This document shows positions 17,457 through 27,471 of a stretch of 50,821 bases of DNA, piece after piece. Made by a program: the position numbers and the translations under genes. Location of the stretch: the NCBI GenBank assembly GCA_964195835.1, contig CAXMTB010000004.1, positions 1 to 50,821 on the forward strand. The letters are read 5' to 3'. The number at the start of each line of letters is the position of its first letter. The first letter of the stretch is position 1. The stretch comes from an uncultured Nitrospinaceae bacterium. GTDB lineage: Bacteria > Desulfobacterota > Desulfobacteria > Desulfobacterales > UBA11574. A model generated the notes under the pieces. That model saw nothing but the letters and a program-made list of their open reading frames with translations. It had not been told where the DNA came from and made no database searches.

Positions 17457-17570
17457 GAGGGGTTGGGGAGTTTTTAATTATAAACTCTTATTTATCAGCC
17501 TCCGGCTCGGAGAGCGGAATGGATAATCTTTTAGAAAAAGCGTGTACTGTTTAATTTGTTTAGGGATCGG
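17457..17570. repeat. Half copy (left arm) of the palindromic family A element
   Basis: tgaggggttggggagtttttaattataaactct..cagcctccggctcggagagcggaatggataat..aaaagcgtgtactgttta..gtttagggatcgg aligns with 28330-28460. Confidence 0.8.
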
Positions 17571-17829
17571 TGAGGTAGATATGGTTTACAAAAAAAAAAT
17601 ATCATGATACGTGACCAACTCAAGTTTCGAACCCATATGTATTTGTGAGTTCATTTTAGAATAGTATTTTTATCTGATGTTGAAAGTGAAGGATCATCGC
17701 CATGCCCATCGAGATTGCTTGGATGAGACCTGCCAAGTGACATTAGATAAAGCTTCATGTGAATAAAAAAGTGCAAAACTTGAGTTACAAACTTTTTTAA
17801 CTGATATTAACATTCGAGGTTCAAAAAAA

Positions 17830-19503
17830 ATGGATATTGAGCGTGAAAAAATCGATTTTGATGTGCTTTTTGTGGGCGGTGGTCCCGCAAGTCTTGCAGG
17901 CGCCATCCGGCTAATGCAACTCGCCAAGGAAAAAAATATGACTCTTGAGGTGGCGCTGATCGAAAAGGGTGCGGAAATAGGATCTCATGCATTGAGCGGC
18001 GCTATTCTGAATCCGATTGCCTTAAAGGAGCTGCTTCCGAATTATTTGGAAAAAGAGTGCCCCATCGAATCAACCGTAAAAGAAGATGGGTTCTATTTTT
18101 TGACTCGAAAAAAACACTACCGCGTTCCGATAGTCCCCAGGTATATGCACAATAAAGGCTTCTCTATCATCAGTCTTTCCAGGTTCACCAGGTGGCTGGG
18201 AAGCATCGCCGAAGACCTCGGCGTAAATATTTTTCCGGGTTTCGCAGGCAAGGAAGTTCTCTATGCTAAAGATCAGAATACGATTATCGGCGTACGCACC
18301 GGTGACAAAGGTCTTGACAAAGATGGACGTCCCAAGAGCAATTTTGAACCTGGAATCGATTTGCTGGCCAAAGTGACGGTGTTCGGCGAAGGGGCAAGGG
18401 GAAGCCTGACAAAGGATATCTCACAAAAAATAAATCTGTTTCCCGATAAAATGCCCCAGGTATTTGAATCCGGCATCAAAGAAGTGATTCAGCTTCCGGA
18501 AAATAATTACTTTACGTTAAGCGACACAAACGACATTCACACCCTTGGATATCCACTGGGCTTGGATATACCGGGGGGCGGGTTTATTTATGAGATTAAA
18601 AACAACATGGTGGCCATCGGCTTTCTTATGGGACTCAGCTACCAGAACCCCATGCTGGATCTATATGACGAATTCATAAAATTCAAACAGCATCCTTTTG
18701 TAGCAGACATCATTAAAAACGGAAAAGTCTTGGAACAGGGTGCAAGAACCGTTTCATCCGGAGGCTATTTCACCATCCCCGGGTTAGCCGTAGACGGCGG
18801 TGTTTTTGTGGGTGGATGTGCAGCAATGCAGAATACGCCGGGTTTAAAGGGGGTGCATTTGTCCATGAAGTCGGGTATGCTGGCGGCAGAGGCGATCATA
18901 AACGCTCTTGAAAAGAATAATTTTACACAAGAAACCCTCGGGGTTTATTCTGAATTGTTTGAAAACAACTGGGCAAGCAAGGAAATTTATGAGGCCAGGA
19001 ATTTTTCCCAAGCCCTTTCAAAAAAGGGCCCGATAAAATGGATTCACATCGGTGCTCAATATATCACCAAGGGACGGGGTTTCGTCGATAAAATGCCGAT
19101 CCAACCCGATTCCGATACGTTAAATCCCGCAAAAGAGAGCCATGAGGATGTTCGTTCGGCGCCTGAAAAGAAAACGCTGGACGGCGTTTTGTTTGTAGAC
19201 AAACTTACCGGTGTTTATCTATCCAAAACCATGCACAGGGAGGATCAGCCCGGTCACATTATCGTTCACGATAAAGACCTTTGCGTCAATGAATGTTTTA
19301 CAACCTATAAATCTCCATGCACAAGATTCTGTCCGGGCGATGTATACGAAATCGAAACCGACCCAAAGACATCAACACGTCGACTCAAGCTGAATCCATC
19401 CAATTGTCTGCACTGCAAAACTTGTGATATAAAGGATCCGTACGGAAATATAACATGGACATGCCCGGAAGGAGGAGAAGGACCGGGATATACAATGCTA
19501 TAA
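17830..19503 (+). CDS. Electron-transferring-flavoprotein:quinone oxidoreductase (ETF-QO)
   Basis: FAD motif DVLFVGGGPASLAGA and C-terminal 4Fe-4S region CPGDVYEI...NCLHCKTCDIKDP..NITWTCPEGGEGPGY. Confidence 0.9.
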   Translation: MDIEREKIDFDVLFVGGGPASLAGAIRLMQLAKEKNMTLEVALIEKGAEIGSHALSGAILNPIALKELLPNYLEKECPIESTVKEDGFYFLTRKKHYRVPIVPRYMHNKGFSIISLSRFTRWLGSIAEDLGVNIFPGFAGKEVLYAKDQNTIIGVRTGDKGLDKDGRPKSNFEPGIDLLAKVTVFGEGARGSLTKDISQKINLFPDKMPQVFESGIKEVIQLPENNYFTLSDTNDIHTLGYPLGLDIPGGGFIYEIKNNMVAIGFLMGLSYQNPMLDLYDEFIKFKQHPFVADIIKNGKVLEQGARTVSSGGYFTIPGLAVDGGVFVGGCAAMQNTPGLKGVHLSMKSGMLAAEAIINALEKNNFTQETLGVYSELFENNWASKEIYEARNFSQALSKKGPIKWIHIGAQYITKGRGFVDKMPIQPDSDTLNPAKESHEDVRSAPEKKTLDGVLFVDKLTGVYLSKTMHREDQPGHIIVHDKDLCVNECFTTYKSPCTRFCPGDVYEIETDPKTSTRRLKLNPSNCLHCKTCDIKDPYGNITWTCPEGGEGPGYTML

Positions 19504-19509
19504 TCGTAC

Positions 19510-21207
19510 CTATAATCTTCCTTTTTTTAATATCGCGATAAGAAGCCAGAATCCCATAATTGCAGCGGTTGAAAACAACACAATTCCAATCAGGGATATC
19601 CCGTAAAAAAGGGGCGGGATTTCGGAAATAACGATAAGTGCTGAACCAATAATCAGTGCTGCAATAATGATTGAAAATGATATTCTGTTGCTGACCCTGT
19701 CATGGGTCGCCAGCATGGTATCAAGCCCTTTATGCTCCATTTTTAAAGACAGTTTCTGAAGTCGGACCAGCCGTGTAATCTCAAGCACATCTTTAGGAAA
19801 CTGCTGAGCAAATTGCAGCATTTGCGATCCGAGCTGGATCATATCATCCGTGATTCTTCCGGGATAGAACCGTTCAAATTTAACTCGTTTTATGAAAGGT
19901 TCAGCTTGAGCGATCATGTCAAAATCCGGATCGAGTGCCAGGGCTACTCCCTCCACCATCGTCAACGTCTTCATCATAAGGAAGATATCCGGAGCAATCA
20001 TAAGACGATGGCGTGACGCCAGCTCAAGCAAATTGTTCAATACCTTTCCGATCTCAATATCCTTCAAAGGCTTGTGAAGATGCCGGCCCATGAAGTCTGA
20101 TACATCCTTTTCGAGCTGTCTAATATGAGGCTCTTCTTCCCAGTGCGTCAGTTTTAAAAGCACCTGAGTCACCCTTGCTTCGTGCCGATGGATAACGTTG
20201 CCTATTAAATCAACAAAATCTTCTCTGGTCTGACGATCCACTGCCCCGGTCATACCGAAGTCGATGAGACAGATGACATTTTCAGGAAGTATAAAAATAT
20301 TTCCCGGGTGAGGGTCCGCATGAAAAAAACCGAGATCAAACACCTGTTTTAGATAAAAATCGGCACCACGGGCAGTAACCTTCTTCCGGTCGAGGCCTGC
20401 CTCTTCAAGCCTGTCGATTTCAGATACTTTGATGCCGTCCATCAGTTCCATGGTGAGAACATGCTCGGTTGACATGTTTCTGAATACCGTTGGTATATAA
20501 ATGTTAGAATCGTCCAAAAAGTGGCGGGCAAATCGTTCCATACTGCTGGCTTCAATGGTGTAATCAATTTCCCGTTCAAGAGTTCTGGCAAATTCTTCCA
20601 CGATTTTAACCGGTCGATACCGGGCCATCTCTTCTATGTTTCGCTCTACCAGTGTTGCCAAATGAAGCATAATTTCAAGATCGATTTCTATGATCTTTTT
20701 GATGCCGGGTCGTTGAATCTTTACCGCCACCATTTCACCATCCTTTAATCTGGCTTTGTGTACCTGGCCGATGGAGGCAGCGGCAACCGGTGTTTCGCTA
20801 AAAAAAACAAAAAGTTCTTCAAGGGGTTTACTGAACTCCGATTCAATGGTCCTTTTTGCTTCATCGAAAGAAAAGGAGGGGACTTTATCCTGAAGTTTGG
20901 AAAGTTCTTGTGTAAAATCAATCGGAATTAGATCAGGGCGGGTGGAGAGAATCTGCCCGAGTTTTACATAGGTGGGGCCAAGTTCTTCAAAGGCCATTCT
21001 CACCCTTTCTGCCCTTGAAAGTTTTTCAAGGCGCTTGGGCCGATTTTTTGAAATGAGCTGAAGCCCGACCTCTATGTACTGATCGATCTTCAGGAGTTCT
21101 ATTAGGTCGCCAAAACCATACTTAAAAAGAATCGTCAGTATCTGACGGTATCGATTAAAATTTCGGTAAGTTCGGCCTACGACACCGATTTTTCTTATAC
21201 TCAGCAT
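19510..21207 (-). CDS. ubiB: UbiB/ABC1 (AarF) atypical kinase family protein with C-terminal TM helices
   Basis: Motifs ELGPTYVKLGQILSTRPDLIP, AAASIGQVHKA and FFHADPHPGNIF. Confidence 0.85.
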   Translation of the reverse strand: MLSIRKIGVVGRTYRNFNRYRQILTILFKYGFGDLIELLKIDQYIEVGLQLISKNRPKRLEKLSRAERVRMAFEELGPTYVKLGQILSTRPDLIPIDFTQELSKLQDKVPSFSFDEAKRTIESEFSKPLEELFVFFSETPVAAASIGQVHKARLKDGEMVAVKIQRPGIKKIIEIDLEIMLHLATLVERNIEEMARYRPVKIVEEFARTLEREIDYTIEASSMERFARHFLDDSNIYIPTVFRNMSTEHVLTMELMDGIKVSEIDRLEEAGLDRKKVTARGADFYLKQVFDLGFFHADPHPGNIFILPENVICLIDFGMTGAVDRQTREDFVDLIGNVIHRHEARVTQVLLKLTHWEEEPHIRQLEKDVSDFMGRHLHKPLKDIEIGKVLNNLLELASRHRLMIAPDIFLMMKTLTMVEGVALALDPDFDMIAQAEPFIKRVKFERFYPGRITDDMIQLGSQMLQFAQQFPKDVLEITRLVRLQKLSLKMEHKGLDTMLATHDRVSNRISFSIIIAALIIGSALIVISEIPPLFYGISLIGIVLFSTAAIMGFWLLIAILKKGRL

Positions 21208-21396
21208 TTGAGAAGAATGTTGTTTGTATTTAACCTTAAACTATTAGAATTATCTTTTGATTATTAATAATGGATGTGTTCCTGACGACAAAAATTTTCG
21301 GTATGAGCCTCAAAATCTTTGAGTCCGTTAGGCCGGTTGGTCGGTTGAATCGGTTTGCCCGTTTTTAATAATTGATCGGTTTTATTAACGGGTCAA

Positions 21397-21470
21397 CCCC
21401 GATAAATCGGGATCCTCCAAAGGCGGATAAATCTCCGCCACACGGCACAGGCGGACAAGTCCGCTTCGCT
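21397..21470. repeat. REP-like hairpin cluster (same family as 7983-8117)
   Basis: Hairpins CCCGAT-aa-ATCGGG, GGCGGA-taaatc-TCCGCC and GCGGAC-aa-GTCCGC. The motif cctccaaaggcggataaatct matches cctccagaggcggataaacct at 7996-8016. Confidence 0.6.
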
Positions 21471-21485
21471 ACAACTGGTTAAACC

Positions 21486-21800
21486 TTACTTGGAAGTATC
21501 CCCTGCTTCGCTGATCGCTTTTTTAAGATCCCTTATTTCCTTTTTCAACCCCTTCAATTCATCTCCGGTGACAACATCAGCTTTTTTCATAAAATCCTTA
21601 ACCGCTCGTTGAACCTTTTCTTCCAGCTTTTTCTGGGTCTCATCATACCTATTCTGAAGATCTTCCAAAAACTTCGTTCCTTCATTTTCTGACATTTTGC
21701 CCTTATTGACAAGTTCCTTGGCCAAATCTTCAACCTCGTCCTTTGCGATGAGGGCCAAGCCGATACCGGTCAACATGGATTTTTTGATAATATTCAACAT
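21486..21800 (-). CDS. Phasin-like / PHA-granule regulator family small coiled-coil protein
   Basis: 104 aa. The sequence MLTGIGLALIAKDEVEDLAKELVNKGKMSENEG..FLEDLQ resembles COG3937-type phasins. The assignment is from memory. Confidence 0.5.
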   Translation of the reverse strand: MLNIIKKSMLTGIGLALIAKDEVEDLAKELVNKGKMSENEGTKFLEDLQNRYDETQKKLEEKVQRAVKDFMKKADVVTGDELKGLKKEIRDLKKAISEAGDTSK

Positions 21801-21819
21801 AAGACCTCCTCTTTTATAT

Positions 21820-22974
21820 TTATTTCAACCTTCCGATAACAGCACCGGCAATGGTGTTTTTCTGAATCTCCTTGGTGCCCTCATAAATTTCCGTGATCTT
21901 GGCATCCCGGTAAAAGCGCTCGACTTCATATTCTGCCATATATCCGTACCCGCCAAGCAGTTGGATGGCTTCATCGGCAACTTCCACCGCAGTGCGGGCA
22001 GCATACATCTTTGCCATGGATGTTAGTTTTGGATCGATACGCCCCTGATCAAAATTCCAGGCAGCCTTGTAAGTAATTAGCCTGGAAAGTTCAATTTTTG
22101 TAGCCATATCTGCCAGTTTGTGTTGCGTGACCTGGAACTGTGCAATCTTTTTACCGAACTGTTCTCTCTGTTTTACATAGGCCAACGCACGATCAAAAGC
22201 GCCCTGGGCAATTCCAAGTGCCTGGGCGGCAATTAGTATCCTGCTTTCATCAAAAAATTCGAGAACATGATAGAACCCTTTTCCCTCTTTTCCGATAAGA
22301 TTTGAAACCGGAACACGAACATCTTTAAAATTTACCTCTGATGTGGACATCATGTGGATCCCCATCTTTTCACCCACATCCATCGCAGAAACTCCGTTCC
22401 GGTCTGCCTCCACCAGGATCAAGCTTATTCCACGGTAGGTTGGTTTGCTTTCCGGATCGGTCTGGCAGAGAACACAGTAATAGCCGGCAATATCACCATT
22501 AGTAATGAATATTTTTGACCCGTTTATGACCCATTCGCCCCCATCCTTTTGCGCTGTCGTATCCATCCTTGTAATATCGGAACCGTGATCAGGCTCTGTA
22601 AACGCTCCGGCGGAAAGCATTTTACCCTCTGCAACGGGCGGCAGAAATTTTTCTTTAAGGGCGTCGCTGCCAAAACGCAAAACGCATTCAGATGCAAAAC
22701 CGGCAAGTATCACCGCACTGCCGATGGTGGAATCCCTGCTGCAGAACTCTTCTGCAACCAAAATGTTCTCAATAACACCGAGCCCTTGCCCGGAATATTG
22801 TTCCGGAAAGTGAATACCGATGAATCCCAGATCGGCGGCTTTTTTCCATATCTTTTCCGGAAATTCGTGCTTTTTGTCCAACTCAAGAGCAAGATCTTTG
22901 TCAAATTCGCCTTTGGCAAAATCCCTGGCAGCTTTCTGGATTTCTTTTTGCGATTTTGTCAACTCAAAATCCAT
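21820..22974 (-). CDS. Acyl-CoA dehydrogenase
   Basis: Motifs MDFELTKSQKEIQ..., AFTEPDHGSD, ITNG, YEGTKEIQ. I prefer the start at 22974, preceded by AAGGGGA. The ORF track extends to 23022. Confidence 0.9.
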   Translation of the reverse strand: MDFELTKSQKEIQKAARDFAKGEFDKDLALELDKKHEFPEKIWKKAADLGFIGIHFPEQYSGQGLGVIENILVAEEFCSRDSTIGSAVILAGFASECVLRFGSDALKEKFLPPVAEGKMLSAGAFTEPDHGSDITRMDTTAQKDGGEWVINGSKIFITNGDIAGYYCVLCQTDPESKPTYRGISLILVEADRNGVSAMDVGEKMGIHMMSTSEVNFKDVRVPVSNLIGKEGKGFYHVLEFFDESRILIAAQALGIAQGAFDRALAYVKQREQFGKKIAQFQVTQHKLADMATKIELSRLITYKAAWNFDQGRIDPKLTSMAKMYAARTAVEVADEAIQLLGGYGYMAEYEVERFYRDAKITEIYEGTKEIQKNTIAGAVIGRLK

Positions 22975-23243
22975 TTTATTCTCCATCCCCTTAAAAGTTT
23001 TATTTTTTTCGAAATTTAACATATGCTCCAGCCTATTGCAAGGAGTTTGAGATGGTCGGGCATCCCCGACTATCTTGATTTCTTAAATGCTGCAAACCTA
23101 AAAGAAACTTGACGGAACCTTTCAACTGGAATATTTACACAAAAATGATTATAGTTTAAATATGATGGTTTCGTAAGAGTTAAAAATAAATGTTAATTTT
23201 TAAATAAGACTTTAATAATATTTTAGAAAGGAAATTAGATACC

Positions 23244-23993
23244 ATGCCGTTTTCAATTGCACTTGCAGGTAAAGGAGGCACCGGAAAAACAACTGTTGCG
23301 GGAATGCTTATCAAATACCTGGTAAAGATGGATAAAACACCCATCCTTGCAGTGGATGCCGACAGCAACGCAAACCTAAATGAAGTTTGTGGCCTTGAAG
23401 TCACAGATACCATTGGCAACGCCCGTGAAGAAATGAAAAAAGGAATCGTGCCCAGCGGAATGACAAAGGACATTTTCATGAACATGAAACTGCAGCAGGC
23501 GGTTGTGGAGGACGATGGATTCGACCTCGTTGTTATGGGACAGCCTGAAGGTCCGGGATGTTATTGTGCTGCAAATACGCTTTTGACAGGATTTCTGGAA
23601 AAACTGACCGGAAACTATCCTTATATCGTTATGGATAATGAGGCTGGAATGGAACATATCAGCCGTTTGACCACCAGCAACGTAGACGTTCTTCTCATTG
23701 TTTCGGACACGTCCCGTCGCGCCCTCCAGGCGGCCATTCGAATTCATGATCTGGCAAAAAATCTGAACATCGGTGTCTCCAAAAGCTACCTCATCATAAA
23801 CCAGGTTAAAGACGCTCCGTCTGACGCGGTTTTAAATATGGTTAAAAAAAATGGCCTGGAAATTGCCGGGACCATACCTGAAGATAACGACGTATATGAA
23901 TATGATTTAAACGGGCGCCCGACCATTGAAATTCCGGAAGACAATGAAGCGGTTAAGGCTGCGTTTGAAATATTCGATAAAATAATTCCATAG
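23244..23993 (+). CDS. cooC: CooC-type Ni-insertion ATPase (CODH/ACS accessory protein)
   Basis: Deviant Walker A GKGGTGKTT and the CxC metal motif GPGCYCAAN. Confidence 0.75.
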   Translation: MPFSIALAGKGGTGKTTVAGMLIKYLVKMDKTPILAVDADSNANLNEVCGLEVTDTIGNAREEMKKGIVPSGMTKDIFMNMKLQQAVVEDDGFDLVVMGQPEGPGCYCAANTLLTGFLEKLTGNYPYIVMDNEAGMEHISRLTTSNVDVLLIVSDTSRRALQAAIRIHDLAKNLNIGVSKSYLIINQVKDAPSDAVLNMVKKNGLEIAGTIPEDNDVYEYDLNGRPTIEIPEDNEAVKAAFEIFDKIIP

Positions 23994-24008
23994 CCCCTTT
24001 TGAAATCA

Positions 24009-24959
24009 ATGAAAAGAACTGGGTTTTTGTATGATGAAAGATATCTGCTCCACGACACTGGACCCGGCCATCCTGAATCGCCCGATAGACTCAAGGCCAT
24101 CTATCAAGGGATAAAAGATGCCGGTCTTCTTTCAAAGCTGACCATAATCCAGGCCAGTCGTGCGGATTTGAAATGGGTCGAAACCGTCCATGCAAAAAAT
24201 TATATTGAACGCTTTGAAGCTGCTTGCCGCTCTGGCAATTCAATGTTTGACTATCCGGACAACCAGATATGCGCCGAAACTTTTGAGACTGCCCTTCTGG
24301 CCGTTGGCGGCATACTTAACGCCGCAAGCCGGGTAATGATGGGCAAACTGGACAATGTTTTCTGCGCTGTCAGACCCCCTGGTCATCATGCGGAATATGA
24401 CCAGGCCATGGGATTCTGCTATTTTAACAATGTTGCAATAGCCGCCAGATATCTACAAATAGAATGGGGCATACAAAGGGTTGGAATCGTCGATTTTGAC
24501 GTTCATCATGGTAACGGCACCCAGCACATTTTCGAAGAAGATCCCGATGTATTCTACTACTCCATTCATCAGCATCCGACATTTGCGTTTCCCGGAACCG
24601 GGCGTGCTTTTGAAGCCGGTAGTGGTGAAGGGACCGGATCGACACGAAATTATCCGGTTTTGCCGGGTCATGGAGACAAAGAATACCTGGGACTTATACA
24701 AAGAGACCTCATCCCGGTTATAGAAGCATTCAGTCCTGAAGTGATCATCGTATCGGCAGGGTTTGATGCCCATGTTGACGACGATATGTCAGATATAAAC
24801 CTGTCAACACAAGGATATACAAGGATAATGGAAAGGATCGTCGCTTTGGCCGAACTTTACTCAAACGGGAGAGTGATTTCCGTGCTTGAGGGGGGATACT
24901 GCCTTAAGCGACTTCCGGAACTGGCAGCAAACCATGTCAAAGTTCTATTAACTATTTGA
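24009..24959 (+). CDS. Histone deacetylase-family Zn-dependent deacetylase (AcuC/HDAC-like)
   Basis: Motifs RPPGHHA, GFCYFNN, DFDVHHGNGTQ, EGGY. ATG at 24009; the ORF track starts at a TTG at 24000. Confidence 0.85.
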   Translation: MKRTGFLYDERYLLHDTGPGHPESPDRLKAIYQGIKDAGLLSKLTIIQASRADLKWVETVHAKNYIERFEAACRSGNSMFDYPDNQICAETFETALLAVGGILNAASRVMMGKLDNVFCAVRPPGHHAEYDQAMGFCYFNNVAIAARYLQIEWGIQRVGIVDFDVHHGNGTQHIFEEDPDVFYYSIHQHPTFAFPGTGRAFEAGSGEGTGSTRNYPVLPGHGDKEYLGLIQRDLIPVIEAFSPEVIIVSAGFDAHVDDDMSDINLSTQGYTRIMERIVALAELYSNGRVISVLEGGYCLKRLPELAANHVKVLLTI

Positions 24960-25037
24960 AAGTAAAACGTTTTACTGCAAATACATAAATTTCGTCACAA
25001 CCCTGTTAGGCAATATTTTTAATTATCGGAGGCTAAA

Positions 25038-25688
25038 ATGTTTATCAGCAAAGTAATGACCAGAAATGTTGTTACCATTGACAAAGATGCTGATATCTCA
25101 GAAGCACAGAAAAAAATGTCAAAACATCTCTTTCGCCATCTTCCTGTGGTCGATGAGAATAATCGACTCATTGGAATCGTCACAGATCGCGACATTAGAA
25201 GCGTATTGCCATCTTCTCATTTGACCCAAGAAAATAGCCCGGAAGAATGGAAAAGTTTTTCAAAGTGTAAAATAGAAGATATCATGACAAAAAATCCTGT
25301 TACCATTTCTCCTATAGACACCATTCAAGACGCGCTTTTTTTATTTCACAAAAAAAAATTCGGAGCACTTCCCGTTGTTGTCGAACAACAAAAACTTATC
25401 GGTATTATTTCCGTCCGTGATCTTTTACGTGAGTTTATCAATGTTCTGGGTTTAGAAGAGCCCGGAACGCTTCTGTGCATTATCGTAGAGAATAAAATCG
25501 GACAAATGAAAAAAATTGTCGATGCCATTTCCGAAGAGAACATCTCATTCGGGAGTGTTCTGGTTTCAAGATACTGGGAAAAGGGAAAGCGGGCTGTTTT
25601 TCCGTATCTCTTGACTCAAAATATCGGGCCGTTAAAAATAAAACTAAAAAAAATGGGGTTTACATTGCTTGACCCCATGGACTGGTAA
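25038..25688 (+). CDS. CBS-pair domain protein with an ACT-like C-terminus (AcuB-like)
   Basis: Two CBS repeats (VMTRNVVTI...HLPVVD; IMTKNPVTI...ALPVVV) are followed by a ~70 aa ACT-like tail. Confidence 0.7.
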   Translation: MFISKVMTRNVVTIDKDADISEAQKKMSKHLFRHLPVVDENNRLIGIVTDRDIRSVLPSSHLTQENSPEEWKSFSKCKIEDIMTKNPVTISPIDTIQDALFLFHKKKFGALPVVVEQQKLIGIISVRDLLREFINVLGLEEPGTLLCIIVENKIGQMKKIVDAISEENISFGSVLVSRYWEKGKRAVFPYLLTQNIGPLKIKLKKMGFTLLDPMDW

Positions 25689-25707
25689 ATGGATTGTTCC
25701 CTCGAAA

Positions 25708-26577
25708 ATGACTAAAACAGTACACCGCTTCAAAAATCAAAAAGAATTTACAGACAACCCTTACAAAGAACTCTATATCTACTATCTCCATGGCCGATTG
25801 AAACCGGGCAATAAAATATGTGGAAGCGATTTTATCGGCAACTGGCAGGAAGATGATTTTTCTTTTCTCTTTTTTTCCAAACCTTCCCCGGACGAAGTCT
25901 CAAAAATACTCGGCTCGAATCCCGGGTTGGCCCTTCTCGATGAATTTCATATGACATATGACCAATGGCAGGGAGGTAAAACAGCTCCTGAAAAAATCGG
26001 TCGATTTTGTATTGTACCACCATGGAGAAAAAATGGGAAGAAAATGAACTTGTGTCATAAAGAACTTACCATTTTGCTTGATCCGGGTGTTGTATTCGGC
26101 AATGGTTTACATACCACAACACGAGACTGCCTCGAAGCGCTGGAAATGGTATTCTTGCGTGATCGCATAGAGTTTGCTATAGATATCGGAACAGGGACGG
26201 GAATTCTTGCATTGGCTGCATCCCTCCTTGGATGCAAAAGTACGCTTGCCGTTGACTTTAATTTTTTAGCCGCACATACGGCATTGCGAAATGTACGCCT
26301 AAACAGCTTGGAAAATAGAATTCTGGTTACCCAGGGACGAGCAGAGGATTTTATTGACTCACCTTCAGATCTTGTGATAGCAAACATCCATTATGATGTT
26401 ATGAAACATCTAACCGTTTCCCAGGGTTTTTATAATAAAAAGTGGTTCATTCTCTCCGGTCTGCTGAGAAGCCAGGCAAGGGATGTGAGCTTTAATTTAT
26501 CCCAGAATCGGATAAACATCATTAAGACTTGGGAATGTGACGGTATCTGGCATACCTTTTTGGGAAAGAAGGATTGA
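25708..26577 (+). CDS. prmA: Ribosomal protein L11 methyltransferase-like (PrmA family)
   Basis: Motifs LDPGVVFGNGLHTTT, DIGTGTGILALAA and LVIANI. The ATG at 25708 avoids an overlap with the upstream gene. Confidence 0.7.
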   Translation: MTKTVHRFKNQKEFTDNPYKELYIYYLHGRLKPGNKICGSDFIGNWQEDDFSFLFFSKPSPDEVSKILGSNPGLALLDEFHMTYDQWQGGKTAPEKIGRFCIVPPWRKNGKKMNLCHKELTILLDPGVVFGNGLHTTTRDCLEALEMVFLRDRIEFAIDIGTGTGILALAASLLGCKSTLAVDFNFLAAHTALRNVRLNSLENRILVTQGRAEDFIDSPSDLVIANIHYDVMKHLTVSQGFYNKKWFILSGLLRSQARDVSFNLSQNRINIIKTWECDGIWHTFLGKKD

Positions 26578-26579
26578 CA

Positions 26580-27419
26580 ATGATTATCAAATGCTGGGGG
26601 TCGCGAGGCTCCATCCCAGTTTCAGGGGAAGAATATATCAAATATGGTGGTGATACCACCTGTTTAGAAATTAGAACAAAAAGTGACGACATTATCATCG
26701 TCGATGCCGGAACCGGCATACGAAGGCTTGGCAGCAAACTGATCGATGAAAACCGCTACAAGTACAACCTCATTTTCACCCATTCCCACTGGGATCATTT
26801 AATGGGATTTCCTTTTTTCAAACCCCTGTTTGAAGAACAGGCTGAATTCATGATGTACAGATGTCCCTTTCACAGCAAATTCGTGGAAACCATTCTCTCC
26901 AGAATCATGACCCCGCCGAGCTTTCCTGTCAGATATTCTGAAATTAGCGCAAAAATGGAATATGTTGATGCATTTACCTCGTCGTTTGATATCGGCTCTG
27001 TTACCATAACACCGATCCCGATCAGCCATCCTGATAAAGGCAGCGGATATAAATTTACGGAAGACGGAAAATCATTTGTCTTTCTGACAGACAATGAACT
27101 GGGTTTTATACACCCCGGCGGTCTGTCCTATAAAGATTATATGGAATTTTCCGAGGGTGCTGATCTTTTGATTCATGATGCCGAGTACCTCCCTGAAGAG
27201 TATCCCTCCAAAATAGAATGGGGACATTCGGTATTTACAAAAACCCTTGATCTTGCCATTGAGGCCGGGGTCAAACAGTTTGGTCTGTTTCATTTAAACC
27301 AGGAGCGAACCGATCAGCAGGTTGATGAAATGGTCGAGTCTTGCAGGCGGATCATCGCTGCCGGAGGCCACAATCTTGAATGCTTCGCCGTGGGCTGCGA
27401 TATGACATTCACGCTATAA
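26580..27419 (+). CDS. MBL-fold metallo-hydrolase
   Basis: N-terminus MIIKCWGSRGSIP and HxHxDH motif THSHWDH. GAAGGA RBS. Confidence 0.8.
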   Translation: MIIKCWGSRGSIPVSGEEYIKYGGDTTCLEIRTKSDDIIIVDAGTGIRRLGSKLIDENRYKYNLIFTHSHWDHLMGFPFFKPLFEEQAEFMMYRCPFHSKFVETILSRIMTPPSFPVRYSEISAKMEYVDAFTSSFDIGSVTITPIPISHPDKGSGYKFTEDGKSFVFLTDNELGFIHPGGLSYKDYMEFSEGADLLIHDAEYLPEEYPSKIEWGHSVFTKTLDLAIEAGVKQFGLFHLNQERTDQQVDEMVESCRRIIAAGGHNLECFAVGCDMTFTL

Positions 27420-27471
27420 ATAAGTGCTTACCTGTAGAGTTTTTCAATTTATTCCAAAGACTTAAAAACAA

